Positions 1 to 7,974 of a DNA stretch of 64,000 bases are shown piece by piece. The notes under the pieces were generated by a model. That model saw nothing but the letters and a program-made list of their open reading frames with translations, searched no databases and was not told the origin of the DNA. Position numbers and translations under genes: made by a program. Source of the DNA: an uncultured Acidobacteriaceae bacterium (lineage in GTDB: Bacteria > Acidobacteriota > Terriglobia > Terriglobales > Acidobacteriaceae); the NCBI GenBank assembly GCA_963755865.1, contig CAVWLY010000027.1, forward strand, positions 16,649-80,648. Direction: 5' to 3'. The first letter of the stretch is position 1. Every line of letters starts with the position of its first letter.

Positions 1-466
1 CATACTTGGGACCGGCGTCGATGCCCAAATGCAGCGGATCTTTCTGCAGTAGGTACTGCTGCAAGCTGGCGGTACCGACGTTGTTCACGTCCTGCTTGCC
101 TTCAGCGACGGGATTGTGGGCCTGAAGGGCGCGGATGATGGTGTTCTTGCCCTTGTCGAGCGCCGCCTCGCTGGTCTCCTGAATACCCAGATCGACCAGC
201 ACCTCGTTGTCAGAGGTGGGGCCGAAACGCTGGATGCGGGGATCATGCAGTCCGGCCTGGTTCATGTCGCGACGAATCTGGTCGAGGTCGGGCGTCTGCG
301 CGAACTTGACGTAAACCAGCGTGCCGCCGCGGAACTCCACACCCAGCGGGATGTGGTGCCAGAACAACATGGAACAGATTCCGGCGACGCTGAAGACCAG
401 TGAGAAGGCAAGGAAATACCACTTCTTGCCCAGGAAATCGATATTAGTATCGCGAAATAACTCCAC
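1..466 (-). CDS. secF: Protein translocase subunit SecF, N-terminal part (gene runs off the left edge)
   Basis: My own minus-strand translation from GTG at 466-464 gives VELFRDTNIDFLGKKWYFLAFSLVFSVAGICSMLFWHHIPLGVEFRGGT..., a canonical SecF N-terminus. The frame is open to position 1. It lies downstream of secD on the same strand. It is absent from the ORF track because it has no stop inside the window. Confidence 0.85.
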   Translation of the reverse strand, partial: MELFRDTNIDFLGKKWYFLAFSLVFSVAGICSMLFWHHIPLGVEFRGGTLVYVKFAQTPDLDQIRRDMNQAGLHDPRIQRFGPTSDNEVLVDLGIQETSEAALDKGKNTIIRALQAHNPVAEGKQDVNNVGTASLQQYLLQKDPLHLGIDAGPKY

Positions 467-487
467 CGCTAGCCCCTTGCTAATTTA

Positions 488-1002
488 TTCACCACGGAGA
501 CACGGAGGGCACGGAGTTTCTATAAAACTCTTCTTACAATGCCCTTGCGCAGGATGGGAACGTTGAAATTGATAAGTAGTCCAACCCGTATCCTGCTCAG
601 CCTCAGATAAGTGAGCAATTGCGATTCGTGAATGGCCGACAAACCTTCGACCGATTTGAGTTCGACAATCACACGATTGTCCACAATCAAGTCAATCCGA
701 TATCCGCAATCCAGATGGCAGCCCTTGTATTCCACCGGCAACACAACCTGGCAGCGAAACGGAATTCCCCTCAATTCGAGCTCATGACACATGCAGGCTT
801 CATAGGTGGATTCGAGCAAACCCGGCCCGAGTTCCCGATGCACAGAAACGGCAGCCCCGATGACCTCGCCGGTCAGGTCAGCTTCAATAAGCTCAACCCT
901 TCCCGTCGCTCTCTGCATCTCGCCGATCATGAACTCCCTAGCTTCATAAGAATTTCTCGCAAAAAATTTCTTACTCCGTGCCCTCCGTGCCTCCGTGGTG
1001 AA
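488..1002 (-). mobile_element. Cassette bounded by 29-bp terminal inverted repeats, carrying one GxxExxY gene (candidate mobile unit)
   Basis: The left arm at 488-516 is TTCACCACGGAGACACGGAGGGCACGGAG. The right arm at 974-1002 is its reverse complement with 1 mismatch (28/29). Each arm is three CACGGAG heptads. The unit fills the secD-secF gap. Confidence 0.5.
520..930 (-). CDS. GxxExxY family protein (PD-(D/E)XK nuclease-like)
   Basis: 136-aa ORF containing GLLESTY (GxxExxY), followed by RIDLIVDNRVIVELK, a D...(E)xK-like core typical of this family. Confidence 0.8.
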   Translation of the reverse strand: MIGEMQRATGRVELIEADLTGEVIGAAVSVHRELGPGLLESTYEACMCHELELRGIPFRCQVVLPVEYKGCHLDCGYRIDLIVDNRVIVELKSVEGLSAIHESQLLTYLRLSRIRVGLLINFNVPILRKGIVRRVL

Positions 1003-1011
1003 ACTCCTTCG

Positions 1012-2631
1012 TTAAATGCTCAACGGCTCGCCACGCTGATGGCGATTGAGAATGGATTCGAAAATCACGCGCGAGACGAAGACCGCGGTGAACAGGTTTG
1101 CCGCCAGACCGAAGCTGAGGGTCACAGCAAATCCCTTCACCGGACCGGTTCCGAAAAGGAACAGGATGATCGCGGACACGATAGTCGTGACGTGCGTATC
1201 GATAATCGTCGTCCAGGCGTGAGCAAAACCCTGGTCTACAGCCGACGAGGGTGTCTTACCGTGTCGCAACTCCTCACGAATGCGCTCGAAGATCAGAACG
1301 TTGGAGTCCACGCCCATACCGACAGTCAGAATCACACCCGCGATTCCCGGCAGGGTGAGCGTCGCACCGCTGTACCCAAGGAATCCCAGCAGGATCACCA
1401 GGTTCAGGATCAAGCCGAGGTCGGCGTTGATGCCGGCTGCGTGGTAGTAGAAGAGCATGAAGATGAGCACGGCAACCATGCCAACCACCGCCGCGCGTAC
1501 GCCCTCGCGAATGGAATCGGCTCCCAGCGACGGCCCAACCGTGACCTCTTGCAGGTACTTGATTCCCGCCGGCAGTGCACCTGAGCGCAACGTCAACGCC
1601 AGGTCCTGAGTTTCTTCGGGACTGAACGATCCAGTGATGCGTCCCGTGTCGTGGATTTGCTCCTGAATGGTGGCCACCGACTTCACTTTGTTATCCAGCA
1701 CCACCGCCAGTTTGTCGCCGACATGGGCTCCGGTGAACGCGGCAAAGCGCCGTCCGCCGTCACCGGTCAAAGTGAAATTGACATCGGGGCGGCCATTCTC
1801 GTCGCGTCCGGCATCGGCGGAGCGCAGGTCGGCGCCGCTTACCGCAGACGAACGGCTGATCAGCCAGTACACGTCGCCAGACTCATCAGGGTTCTGCGGG
1901 TGGGGCATATTGCCCTTCATCAGGATCGTGTCGGGCGGAAGGATGCCACCGTTGTCTTGCATGGCGGCTTGCTCCGACGGATAGGGCCCCTTGACCGCCT
2001 GCCGGATCTCCAGCATGGCGGTGGACTGCATGATCTCTTTCACGCGAGCAGGATCGTCTACGCCCGGCAACTGCACCAGGATCTGATAGTCGCCCAGTCC
2101 ATGCTCCTGAATCACCGGCTCGGAAACGCCAAGCTGATCGATTCGATTGCGGATGGTTTCGATGGCCTGCTGCACCGCTTTCTTCTTGGTGTCATTGGCG
2201 ATCGAGGACTTCATGGTGACAGACCAGGTGTTCTCAACGCCCGAGGCGAGATCGTAGTCGCCCAGCTTCTCGTTGACGATGCGACGCAGTTCCGACGAGG
2301 ACTCTGGCGGCACACCCTTGATCTGGATCAGCTCCGGGTGATTCTGCGGATCGGGTTTGGAAATCTCTCCGAAGGCGATGTTGGCGGTTTTGAGGTCGTC
2401 TTTCAGACGTTCCACCGCGCGGTCGCTATCGGCGTTAATGGCGTCATTAACCTGTACCTGGAGGATGAGGTGCGTCCCGCCCTTCAGGTCGAGGCCCAAA
2501 TGGATGCGTTTCTGCACCGCAGCCCGCAGCCCCTCAGGCGATAAACTGCCCGGGATGCCAAAGATGCCGAACAGAAAAAAGATCAGCACCGCAATAATCA
2601 AAACTGTCTTGAGAAGGAGATTCTTATTCAT
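1012..2631 (-). CDS. secD: Protein translocase subunit SecD
   Basis: 539 aa. It has an N-terminal TM segment, LGLDLKGGTHLILQV, a large periplasmic domain and a C-terminal 6-TM block. It lies between yajC and secF. Confidence 0.95.
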   Translation of the reverse strand: MNKNLLLKTVLIIAVLIFFLFGIFGIPGSLSPEGLRAAVQKRIHLGLDLKGGTHLILQVQVNDAINADSDRAVERLKDDLKTANIAFGEISKPDPQNHPELIQIKGVPPESSSELRRIVNEKLGDYDLASGVENTWSVTMKSSIANDTKKKAVQQAIETIRNRIDQLGVSEPVIQEHGLGDYQILVQLPGVDDPARVKEIMQSTAMLEIRQAVKGPYPSEQAAMQDNGGILPPDTILMKGNMPHPQNPDESGDVYWLISRSSAVSGADLRSADAGRDENGRPDVNFTLTGDGGRRFAAFTGAHVGDKLAVVLDNKVKSVATIQEQIHDTGRITGSFSPEETQDLALTLRSGALPAGIKYLQEVTVGPSLGADSIREGVRAAVVGMVAVLIFMLFYYHAAGINADLGLILNLVILLGFLGYSGATLTLPGIAGVILTVGMGVDSNVLIFERIREELRHGKTPSSAVDQGFAHAWTTIIDTHVTTIVSAIILFLFGTGPVKGFAVTLSFGLAANLFTAVFVSRVIFESILNRHQRGEPLSI

Positions 2632-2644
2632 GAGAGACGGCTAC

Positions 2645-2962
2645 CTACTTCAACCTGGGGGTGTCCTCCGCGGTCGTCAACGTGACGATTGAGGAGCGTG
2701 CCACTTCAATCTTAATGTTGTCCGGAGGAACTCGGAGAACGACAGCATCATCCTTTACCGACATGATAGCGCCGGTGAGACCACCGCTGGTGATCACCCG
2801 GTCACCGGGCTTGATTTGCTGCAACATGGCCTGCCACTTCTTCTGCTTGCGCTGCTGCGGCATGATCAAGAGAACATAGAAGATTGCGAAAATCGCAACC
2901 ATCATCAGGATCGGGGCCGAGCCACCGATGCCCTGTGCGAACATAGCTGCCAGAATGGCCAT
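2645..2962 (-). CDS. yajC: Preprotein translocase subunit YajC
   Basis: 105 aa with a single TM segment, then IMPQQRKQKKWQAMLQQIKPGDRVITSGGLTG, the YajC signature. It sits in the conserved tgt-yajC-secDF order. Confidence 0.9.
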   Translation of the reverse strand: MAILAAMFAQGIGGSAPILMMVAIFAIFYVLLIMPQQRKQKKWQAMLQQIKPGDRVITSGGLTGAIMSVKDDAVVLRVPPDNIKIEVARSSIVTLTTAEDTPRLK

Positions 2963-3126
2963 TTGCCTTTCGACTTTCTCGAAGACCGCCCGGGGCGGCC
3001 TAAGGCCCGCACTGCCCGAACGTCGCTTTTCAGCAACTGTTTAGCCAGCCAGGGACTCAGCCCTGACCTTGATATAGTATCGCGCTTTTGCCGGGGACCT
3101 GAACAGCGAAGGCTGCTAAGGAACAC

Positions 3127-4380
3127 TCAGCTTTCCGGGGTCCCCTCGCCGCGCCGCTTTTGCGCGGATTGGGGTGGGAGATGCGGTGGCCGGATGCCAG
3201 AAAGAAAAATCGCTAATTCCCCAAGTATTATAGCTTGCCGCACCCTACGCATGGTGTCAAGGTAATACGCCAGGTTGTGGATGGTGTTCAAGACCTGCGC
3301 CAGTAGTTCGTTGGAGGCGTACAGATGCCGCAGGTAGGCCCGTGAATAACGCGAGCAGACTTGGCAGGCACAGTTAGGGTCGAGCTGCCCGTCGTCAGTA
3401 GCATAGCGCGCGTTCTTGATGGTGATGCGTCCCTCAGAGGTGAACAACAGTCCGTGCCGCGCCGCCCGCGTGGGTAGCACGCAGTCCATCATGTCCACAC
3501 CCATGGCCACGTAGTGAACGATCTCTTCCGGCGTGCCCACTCCCATCAGGTAGCGCGGCTTGTCTTGCGGCAGGAACCGGATCGCTGCGTCCACCATCTC
3601 GTAAGTCATGGGTCGCGGCTCGCCGACACTCAAGCCGCCGATCGCATAGCCGGGGAAATCGAGCTCCACGGTCCGCTGCGCTGATTCACGGCGCAGATCG
3701 GGAAACATGCCACCCTGCACAATTCCGAAGAGTGTTTGGGTTTCGCCTCGTTTTCGAACGGGCATGGCCTCAACCGCGGCGCTCAGCGCGACATTAAATT
3801 CTCCCGCGGACTTCAGTCCGCGTGAATACCACGACACTTCATGTTTGTGCTCTTCGAAATACTTCTTGCTGCGCGCTGCCCAGCGCAGCGTCATCTCCAT
3901 CGACGCCTGAGTGCGCGAGTACTCCGCGGGATGCTCGGTACATTCGTCGAACGCCATGATAATGTCGGCGCCCAGCCCAATCTCGGCGGCTATCGCGCTC
4001 TCCGGGCTGAAGAAATGAGACGACCCATCGAGGTGCGACCGAAACGCCACGCCCTCTTCCGTGACCTTGCGCAGATCGCTGAGGCTGAACACCTGAAAGC
4101 CGCCGGAGTCGGTGAGGATGGGGCGGTCCCATGCCATGAACTTCTGCACTCCGCCGAGGCGACGGACCATCTCGACTCCCGGCCGCAGATAAAGATGGTA
4201 GGTGTTGTTCAGCAGGATCTGGACGCCCAGCTCTTCCAGCGTGTCTTGAGGGACGCCCTTGACCGTCGCCAGCGTTCCCACCGGCATGAAGACGGGGGTC
4301 TGGACTTCACCGTGCGGCGTGAAGAAACGTCCTGCGCGGGCTGCGCCATCGCGGGCTTCAACCTGAAAGCGAAAAGACAT
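3127..4380 (-). CDS. tgt: Queuine tRNA-ribosyltransferase (tRNA-guanine transglycosylase)
   Basis: 417 aa with FMPVGT, LTDSGGFQVFSL, GGLSVGE, and a CxCxxC...H zinc site (CACQVCSRYSRAYLRHL). It carries an extra block of about 35 aa relative to E. coli Tgt. Confidence 0.95.
   Translation of the reverse strand: MSFRFQVEARDGAARAGRFFTPHGEVQTPVFMPVGTLATVKGVPQDTLEELGVQILLNNTYHLYLRPGVEMVRRLGGVQKFMAWDRPILTDSGGFQVFSLSDLRKVTEEGVAFRSHLDGSSHFFSPESAIAAEIGLGADIIMAFDECTEHPAEYSRTQASMEMTLRWAARSKKYFEEHKHEVSWYSRGLKSAGEFNVALSAAVEAMPVRKRGETQTLFGIVQGGMFPDLRRESAQRTVELDFPGYAIGGLSVGEPRPMTYEMVDAAIRFLPQDKPRYLMGVGTPEEIVHYVAMGVDMMDCVLPTRAARHGLLFTSEGRITIKNARYATDDGQLDPNCACQVCSRYSRAYLRHLYASNELLAQVLNTIHNLAYYLDTMRRVRQAIILGELAIFLSGIRPPHLPPQSAQKRRGEGTPES
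3741..3857 (-). repeat. REP-like insertion translated in frame inside tgt
   Basis: This is the extra segment EHKHEVSWYSRGLKSAGEFNVALSAAVEAMPVRKRGET. The core at 3753-3780 (rc GCCGCGGTTGAGGCCATGCCCGTTCGAA) matches the GGCACGGCTGAAGCCGTGCCCTTTCAAAG family seen at 9833, 52081 and 56031. A hairpin CGCGGAC-ttca-GTCCGCG lies at 3805-3822. Confidence 0.55.
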
Positions 4381-4403
4381 CGCAGATGATTGTAGCGAGT
4401 ATT

Positions 4404-4436
4404 TTCACTAAGAGGCACGGAGAGCGCAGAGGAGCA
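4404..4436 (+). repeat. Degenerate solo arm of the CACGGAG/CACAGAG heptad repeat family
   Basis: TTTTCACTAAGAGGCACGGAGAGCGCAGAGGAG lies between the tgt start and the radical SAM stop and resembles the arms at 488-516 and 32455-32483. Confidence 0.4.
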
Positions 4437-4475
4437 TAAATCTTTTTGGCAGCGTCAAACTGCGAACCCACACAC

Positions 4476-5537
4476 TCAGTTTGCCTGCCGGCTTATGGTC
4501 ACAAAAGGATCGACTTTGGAGAGACTGCCGTAGCACTGTTCGGCCGCCGCCTTGCAGCCTCCGGAACAGATGGCCTTAAGTTCCGGCTGGCAATTCTCGC
4601 ACTCCGCAGGCCAGGTCTCGCGAAAAGCGCGAACATAAGGATGTTTATAGTAAATGTCAGTGAAACGATCCTTTTTCAGGTTTCCCAGAATAACGCCGGA
4701 GTGATTACAGACGCGCACATTCCCGCTCGGATCGACAGTGAAGTACGATCCTTCGCCTGCCAGCGGGCACCAGCCAAAATGGATATGCTGGTATTTTCGA
4801 ACGTCGATTACGCAGGGCTCAATCGCCACCGCAACTGCGATCGGAAATTGGTAGCGTGCGCTTAGTTCCTCTAACGTGTCGAGGCTTTCTCGAATGGTGG
4901 CAGCCGAGGGCAGCAGGCGGTCAGCATTGCGAATGTTATGCGCGCCCAGGTTCATGCGGTTATACATCAAGCCAGTCGCGCCCAGCGCAATGGCCAATTC
5001 TGCTGTCTTACCAACGTCCGCACTGTTCAGTTGGGTGCCTACGAAAACCGCGACGAAGTTGCCTTTCGCCTGACGGACATTCGCCATGCCGTCAACTGCG
5101 GCATCCCAGGCTCCTCGACGCCCCGCCAGTCGGTCATGAACCTCGCGACGATAGCTGAGCAGGGTGATCTCGTAGGTGACATCTGTGCCCAAAGATGCAA
5201 GTCGTTCCGATGTTAAGAGTGTGCCATTCGTGATGACAATGGGGGCTATTCCTTTGTTGCGGATGAACGAGAGGATCTCGGGGAGATCCTCTCGCAATAG
5301 CGGCTCTCCCCCGGACAAAGCGATCGATTGCACGGGAGCTTCGTCACATAGCTTCGCTACGATGTCAGTTACCTCCCGGGTACTCATCTCGCTGCTTCGA
5401 TCACGGTCGCAGTCCTGCGCAGAGGGTCCCTCTGTCATGTAGCAATAAAGACAATGATTGTTGCAGCGTTTGGTCAGTTCGAGAACGAAGCTCTTGGGGA
5501 GGGGTCTTGATTGGAAGCTGTCCAGGGCTGGCTTCAT
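4476..5537 (-). CDS. Radical SAM/SPASM domain protein
   Basis: 353 aa with a CNNHCLYCY (CxxxCxxC) radical SAM cluster site and a C-terminal Cys-rich SPASM-like region (CNHSG...CENCQPELKAICSGGCKAAAEQC). Confidence 0.85.
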   Translation of the reverse strand: MKPALDSFQSRPLPKSFVLELTKRCNNHCLYCYMTEGPSAQDCDRDRSSEMSTREVTDIVAKLCDEAPVQSIALSGGEPLLREDLPEILSFIRNKGIAPIVITNGTLLTSERLASLGTDVTYEITLLSYRREVHDRLAGRRGAWDAAVDGMANVRQAKGNFVAVFVGTQLNSADVGKTAELAIALGATGLMYNRMNLGAHNIRNADRLLPSAATIRESLDTLEELSARYQFPIAVAVAIEPCVIDVRKYQHIHFGWCPLAGEGSYFTVDPSGNVRVCNHSGVILGNLKKDRFTDIYYKHPYVRAFRETWPAECENCQPELKAICSGGCKAAAEQCYGSLSKVDPFVTISRQAN

Positions 5538-5613
5538 GAAACACCAACGTTCCTACCGGCAGTTAGAGAGCCGCTCGGATTGGATTATTAAGGGCCTATC
5601 CAGCGATGGGGAA

Positions 5614-5949
5614 TTACCGGCCGCCGGCAATTTTTTCAAAAGTTTCCTTGTTTATCAGTCCCTCATTAAGGAACTGCTGGGCGACGCTTACACGCGCTCC
5701 TTCGTCCACCACACTGAACCACGGATCGACGGGGAAGTAGCATAGGATGGGCACGCGCCCTCCCACTAATCCAGCCACGAAGCTCCTCGGTTCCGTGTAC
5801 AGCACCTCTACCTTCTTGCCAACCAACTCCTTCAAGGTTCCTGGCTGAAAGTTAGGGCTAACCGGGATCGGCGTGAGCTTGCCTTCCGCCTCGAGGAAGA
5901 AATTTCCTTCCTTGTGTACGACTGTTCCTGATCTTGGCTTATTAGCCAT
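5614..5949 (-). CDS. Hypothetical 111-aa protein, immediately upstream partner of the radical SAM/SPASM gene
   Basis: Clean ORF on the same strand, 76 nt upstream of the rSAM start. It has a single Cys and ends in GGR. I recognise no family. Confidence 0.6.
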   Translation of the reverse strand: MANKPRSGTVVHKEGNFFLEAEGKLTPIPVSPNFQPGTLKELVGKKVEVLYTEPRSFVAGLVGGRVPILCYFPVDPWFSVVDEGARVSVAQQFLNEGLINKETFEKIAGGR

Positions 5950-6264
5950 TTCATTGCTCCTTTCAAAATGAGGTTTGCCCTCTGCGCTCGGAGCTACTTT
6001 GAAGCTTGGTCCCAGTTTGCTCTCGAGCGTCAGGGAATGCCGTGACCCCTTGCACAGGTGTGTGTGACGAAGGAAGGGAGGGCCACCTCATGCGGATTGC
6101 TTAGTGCCGCCAGGGAACGCATCGGGAAATAGCGCCGTGGCCTCCATGGTTAATTTTCATTTTTATGCGTGGCCGCAGGCTCATTGCGATTCGCAAGTCA
6201 CCATCTCTCCATTTCGCCTGCCGATGTGTCACTATAGTTTGCGATCTTCAATGGCTGGTTTCTG

Positions 6265-6924
6265 ATGGACACACACAAGACTTTCGATGGAGTTACCCTG
6301 CACGGCATGCCGGTGCACATCGAGCTGCAATGGCCATTTCATCACTCCGGCGGTGGCAGCGACTGGTACGTTCTGCATGGCACGCTGCGCCTGGCCGATG
6401 GCGGGCCTTTGTATGCCGACATCGCGCTAAATCTGGCTCAGACCATCCGTGAGGTGCTGCCGTCGCTCGACAGCGACCTTGCGTTCTGGCTCTCAATTAA
6501 CACCGCGCGCAAGGCGCTGGACGATAAGCAATTGGAGTTGCTGAAGTCGAGTAAGCGGCAACCGGTACCCGTGTCGAGCCGCTGCTACAGCATCCGCGAT
6601 AAACACTTTCGCTTCTGGCATGCCACGCCGCAACAGGTGGAAGAGTTTGTCGCCGGCAAGGTTTTCTGGTTGAGCGGGCGGCAGCGTGAGCCGGTGATGA
6701 TCGTCGATCCGTGCGACGCTCAATATCTGGGCGCAGCGGATCCAAACATGGTGGACAAACTACTGGATGCGGGGAAAGATCTGGCGACACGTGGCATGGT
6801 CGAACTAGCGGGCGATTACGCCCGCGCGACGGACGGTTTGCTGGCCCAGGCGCAGGCGTTTCATTCCGCCAAAGATCGCGCCCTGGAGGAGCTGCACGCC
6901 AAGCACGCTTTCGAGCGGGCGTAG
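6265..6924 (+). CDS. Hypothetical protein (219 aa)
   Basis: Longest ORF in the region, divergent from the 111-aa gene. The overlapping ORFs are Arg/Pro/Ala-rich shadow frames. I recognise no motif. Confidence 0.55.
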   Translation: MDTHKTFDGVTLHGMPVHIELQWPFHHSGGGSDWYVLHGTLRLADGGPLYADIALNLAQTIREVLPSLDSDLAFWLSINTARKALDDKQLELLKSSKRQPVPVSSRCYSIRDKHFRFWHATPQQVEEFVAGKVFWLSGRQREPVMIVDPCDAQYLGAADPNMVDKLLDAGKDLATRGMVELAGDYARATDGLLAQAQAFHSAKDRALEELHAKHAFERA

Positions 6925-7080
6925 AAGAAAAGCCAACGCGGATTTACCGGAATCACGCGGCCAAACCAAAAGAGAATAGTCGATCTTTTCATCCGTGTGA
7001 TCCCGCGCAAAAACGGAGGAGGCGCAGGAGCCGCCCTGCCTGTTTACGGCTCTGCGCCACTCCCGTACTGCAGTACGCTG

Positions 7081-7599
7081 TTACCGGTTCCGGTTAGTCA
7101 CCAAGTGCGCCGCCCTCCGGCGATAGATTGCCAGCATGCCTAGAATGCCAGTTCCTACCAGTGCCAGAGTGCCGGGCTCAGGCGCGGACGCGGAAAAATC
7201 CACGGCCACCGGCGTGGTCACGAAACCGCGGCCCAGATCTCCAGTGATGTTGCCGTATCCAAAGCCAGGATCGTAGTACAAGTTCACGTCGCCGACGCCG
7301 GGCACATCGAACAAGATGCCGCCGTTATCCACGAACAGCGGATCGGCTGGGTAGTAGAGAAGATTGTTGTAGATGTAGCTGGGATCGGCGCCCAAGGGCA
7401 CGATACCGCCAATGGCAATTCCGTTGTACGTGCCCGCGATGCCGGTTACAGTCCAGGTGCCGTTTCCGTTGTTGGTCCCAAACAGCGTGCCGCTGGCCGC
7501 GACTCCGTCACCGGAGTAGTTGAAGTTAATGGCGTCGGCTCGCGAGTAAGTGGCAAACGCAAGTGCGCAACATAAAACCGCGATGGACTCCCAGAACAT
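7081..7599 (-). CDS. PEP-CTERM sorting domain protein
   Basis: Signal peptide, a Gly/Asn-rich beta-type body, and a C-terminal PEPGTLALVGTGILGMLAIYRRR (PEP motif, TM segment, basic tail). Confidence 0.8.
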   Translation of the reverse strand: MFWESIAVLCCALAFATYSRADAINFNYSGDGVAASGTLFGTNNGNGTWTVTGIAGTYNGIAIGGIVPLGADPSYIYNNLLYYPADPLFVDNGGILFDVPGVGDVNLYYDPGFGYGNITGDLGRGFVTTPVAVDFSASAPEPGTLALVGTGILGMLAIYRRRAAHLVTNRNR

Positions 7600-7974
7600 T
7601 CTTCTTCATAACAAGGCTCCTTTTTCTTTTCTCCTCGTCATGGCCGAATGCACTGGGGTGAGTTCGGACAATCGCTTTCTATAAGGGCACGTCAGCCGCC
7701 AATTGTTTGGCCAATGCAAATGACGCGAAAACCGTGGCTTGAGTGGGGCGGGATGGAACTGAGCGCCGAGCGATGTGCAAAAGAGTGCAGAGAATGGGGC
7801 GGAGAGTTTTGGGCGGGCGACCATCAGAGTTCCGAATGTGAACGGACGGTGCGATGGATGTTCAGAAGGGGAACGGGTATGGAGTCGCGCAATCCACCGC
7901 CGAGGAAATCCTCGCGGGCGGTGATCTCCGCTAAAATAGACCTATCGGTCGCGTCGGCGGCCACGTGGGGTAGT

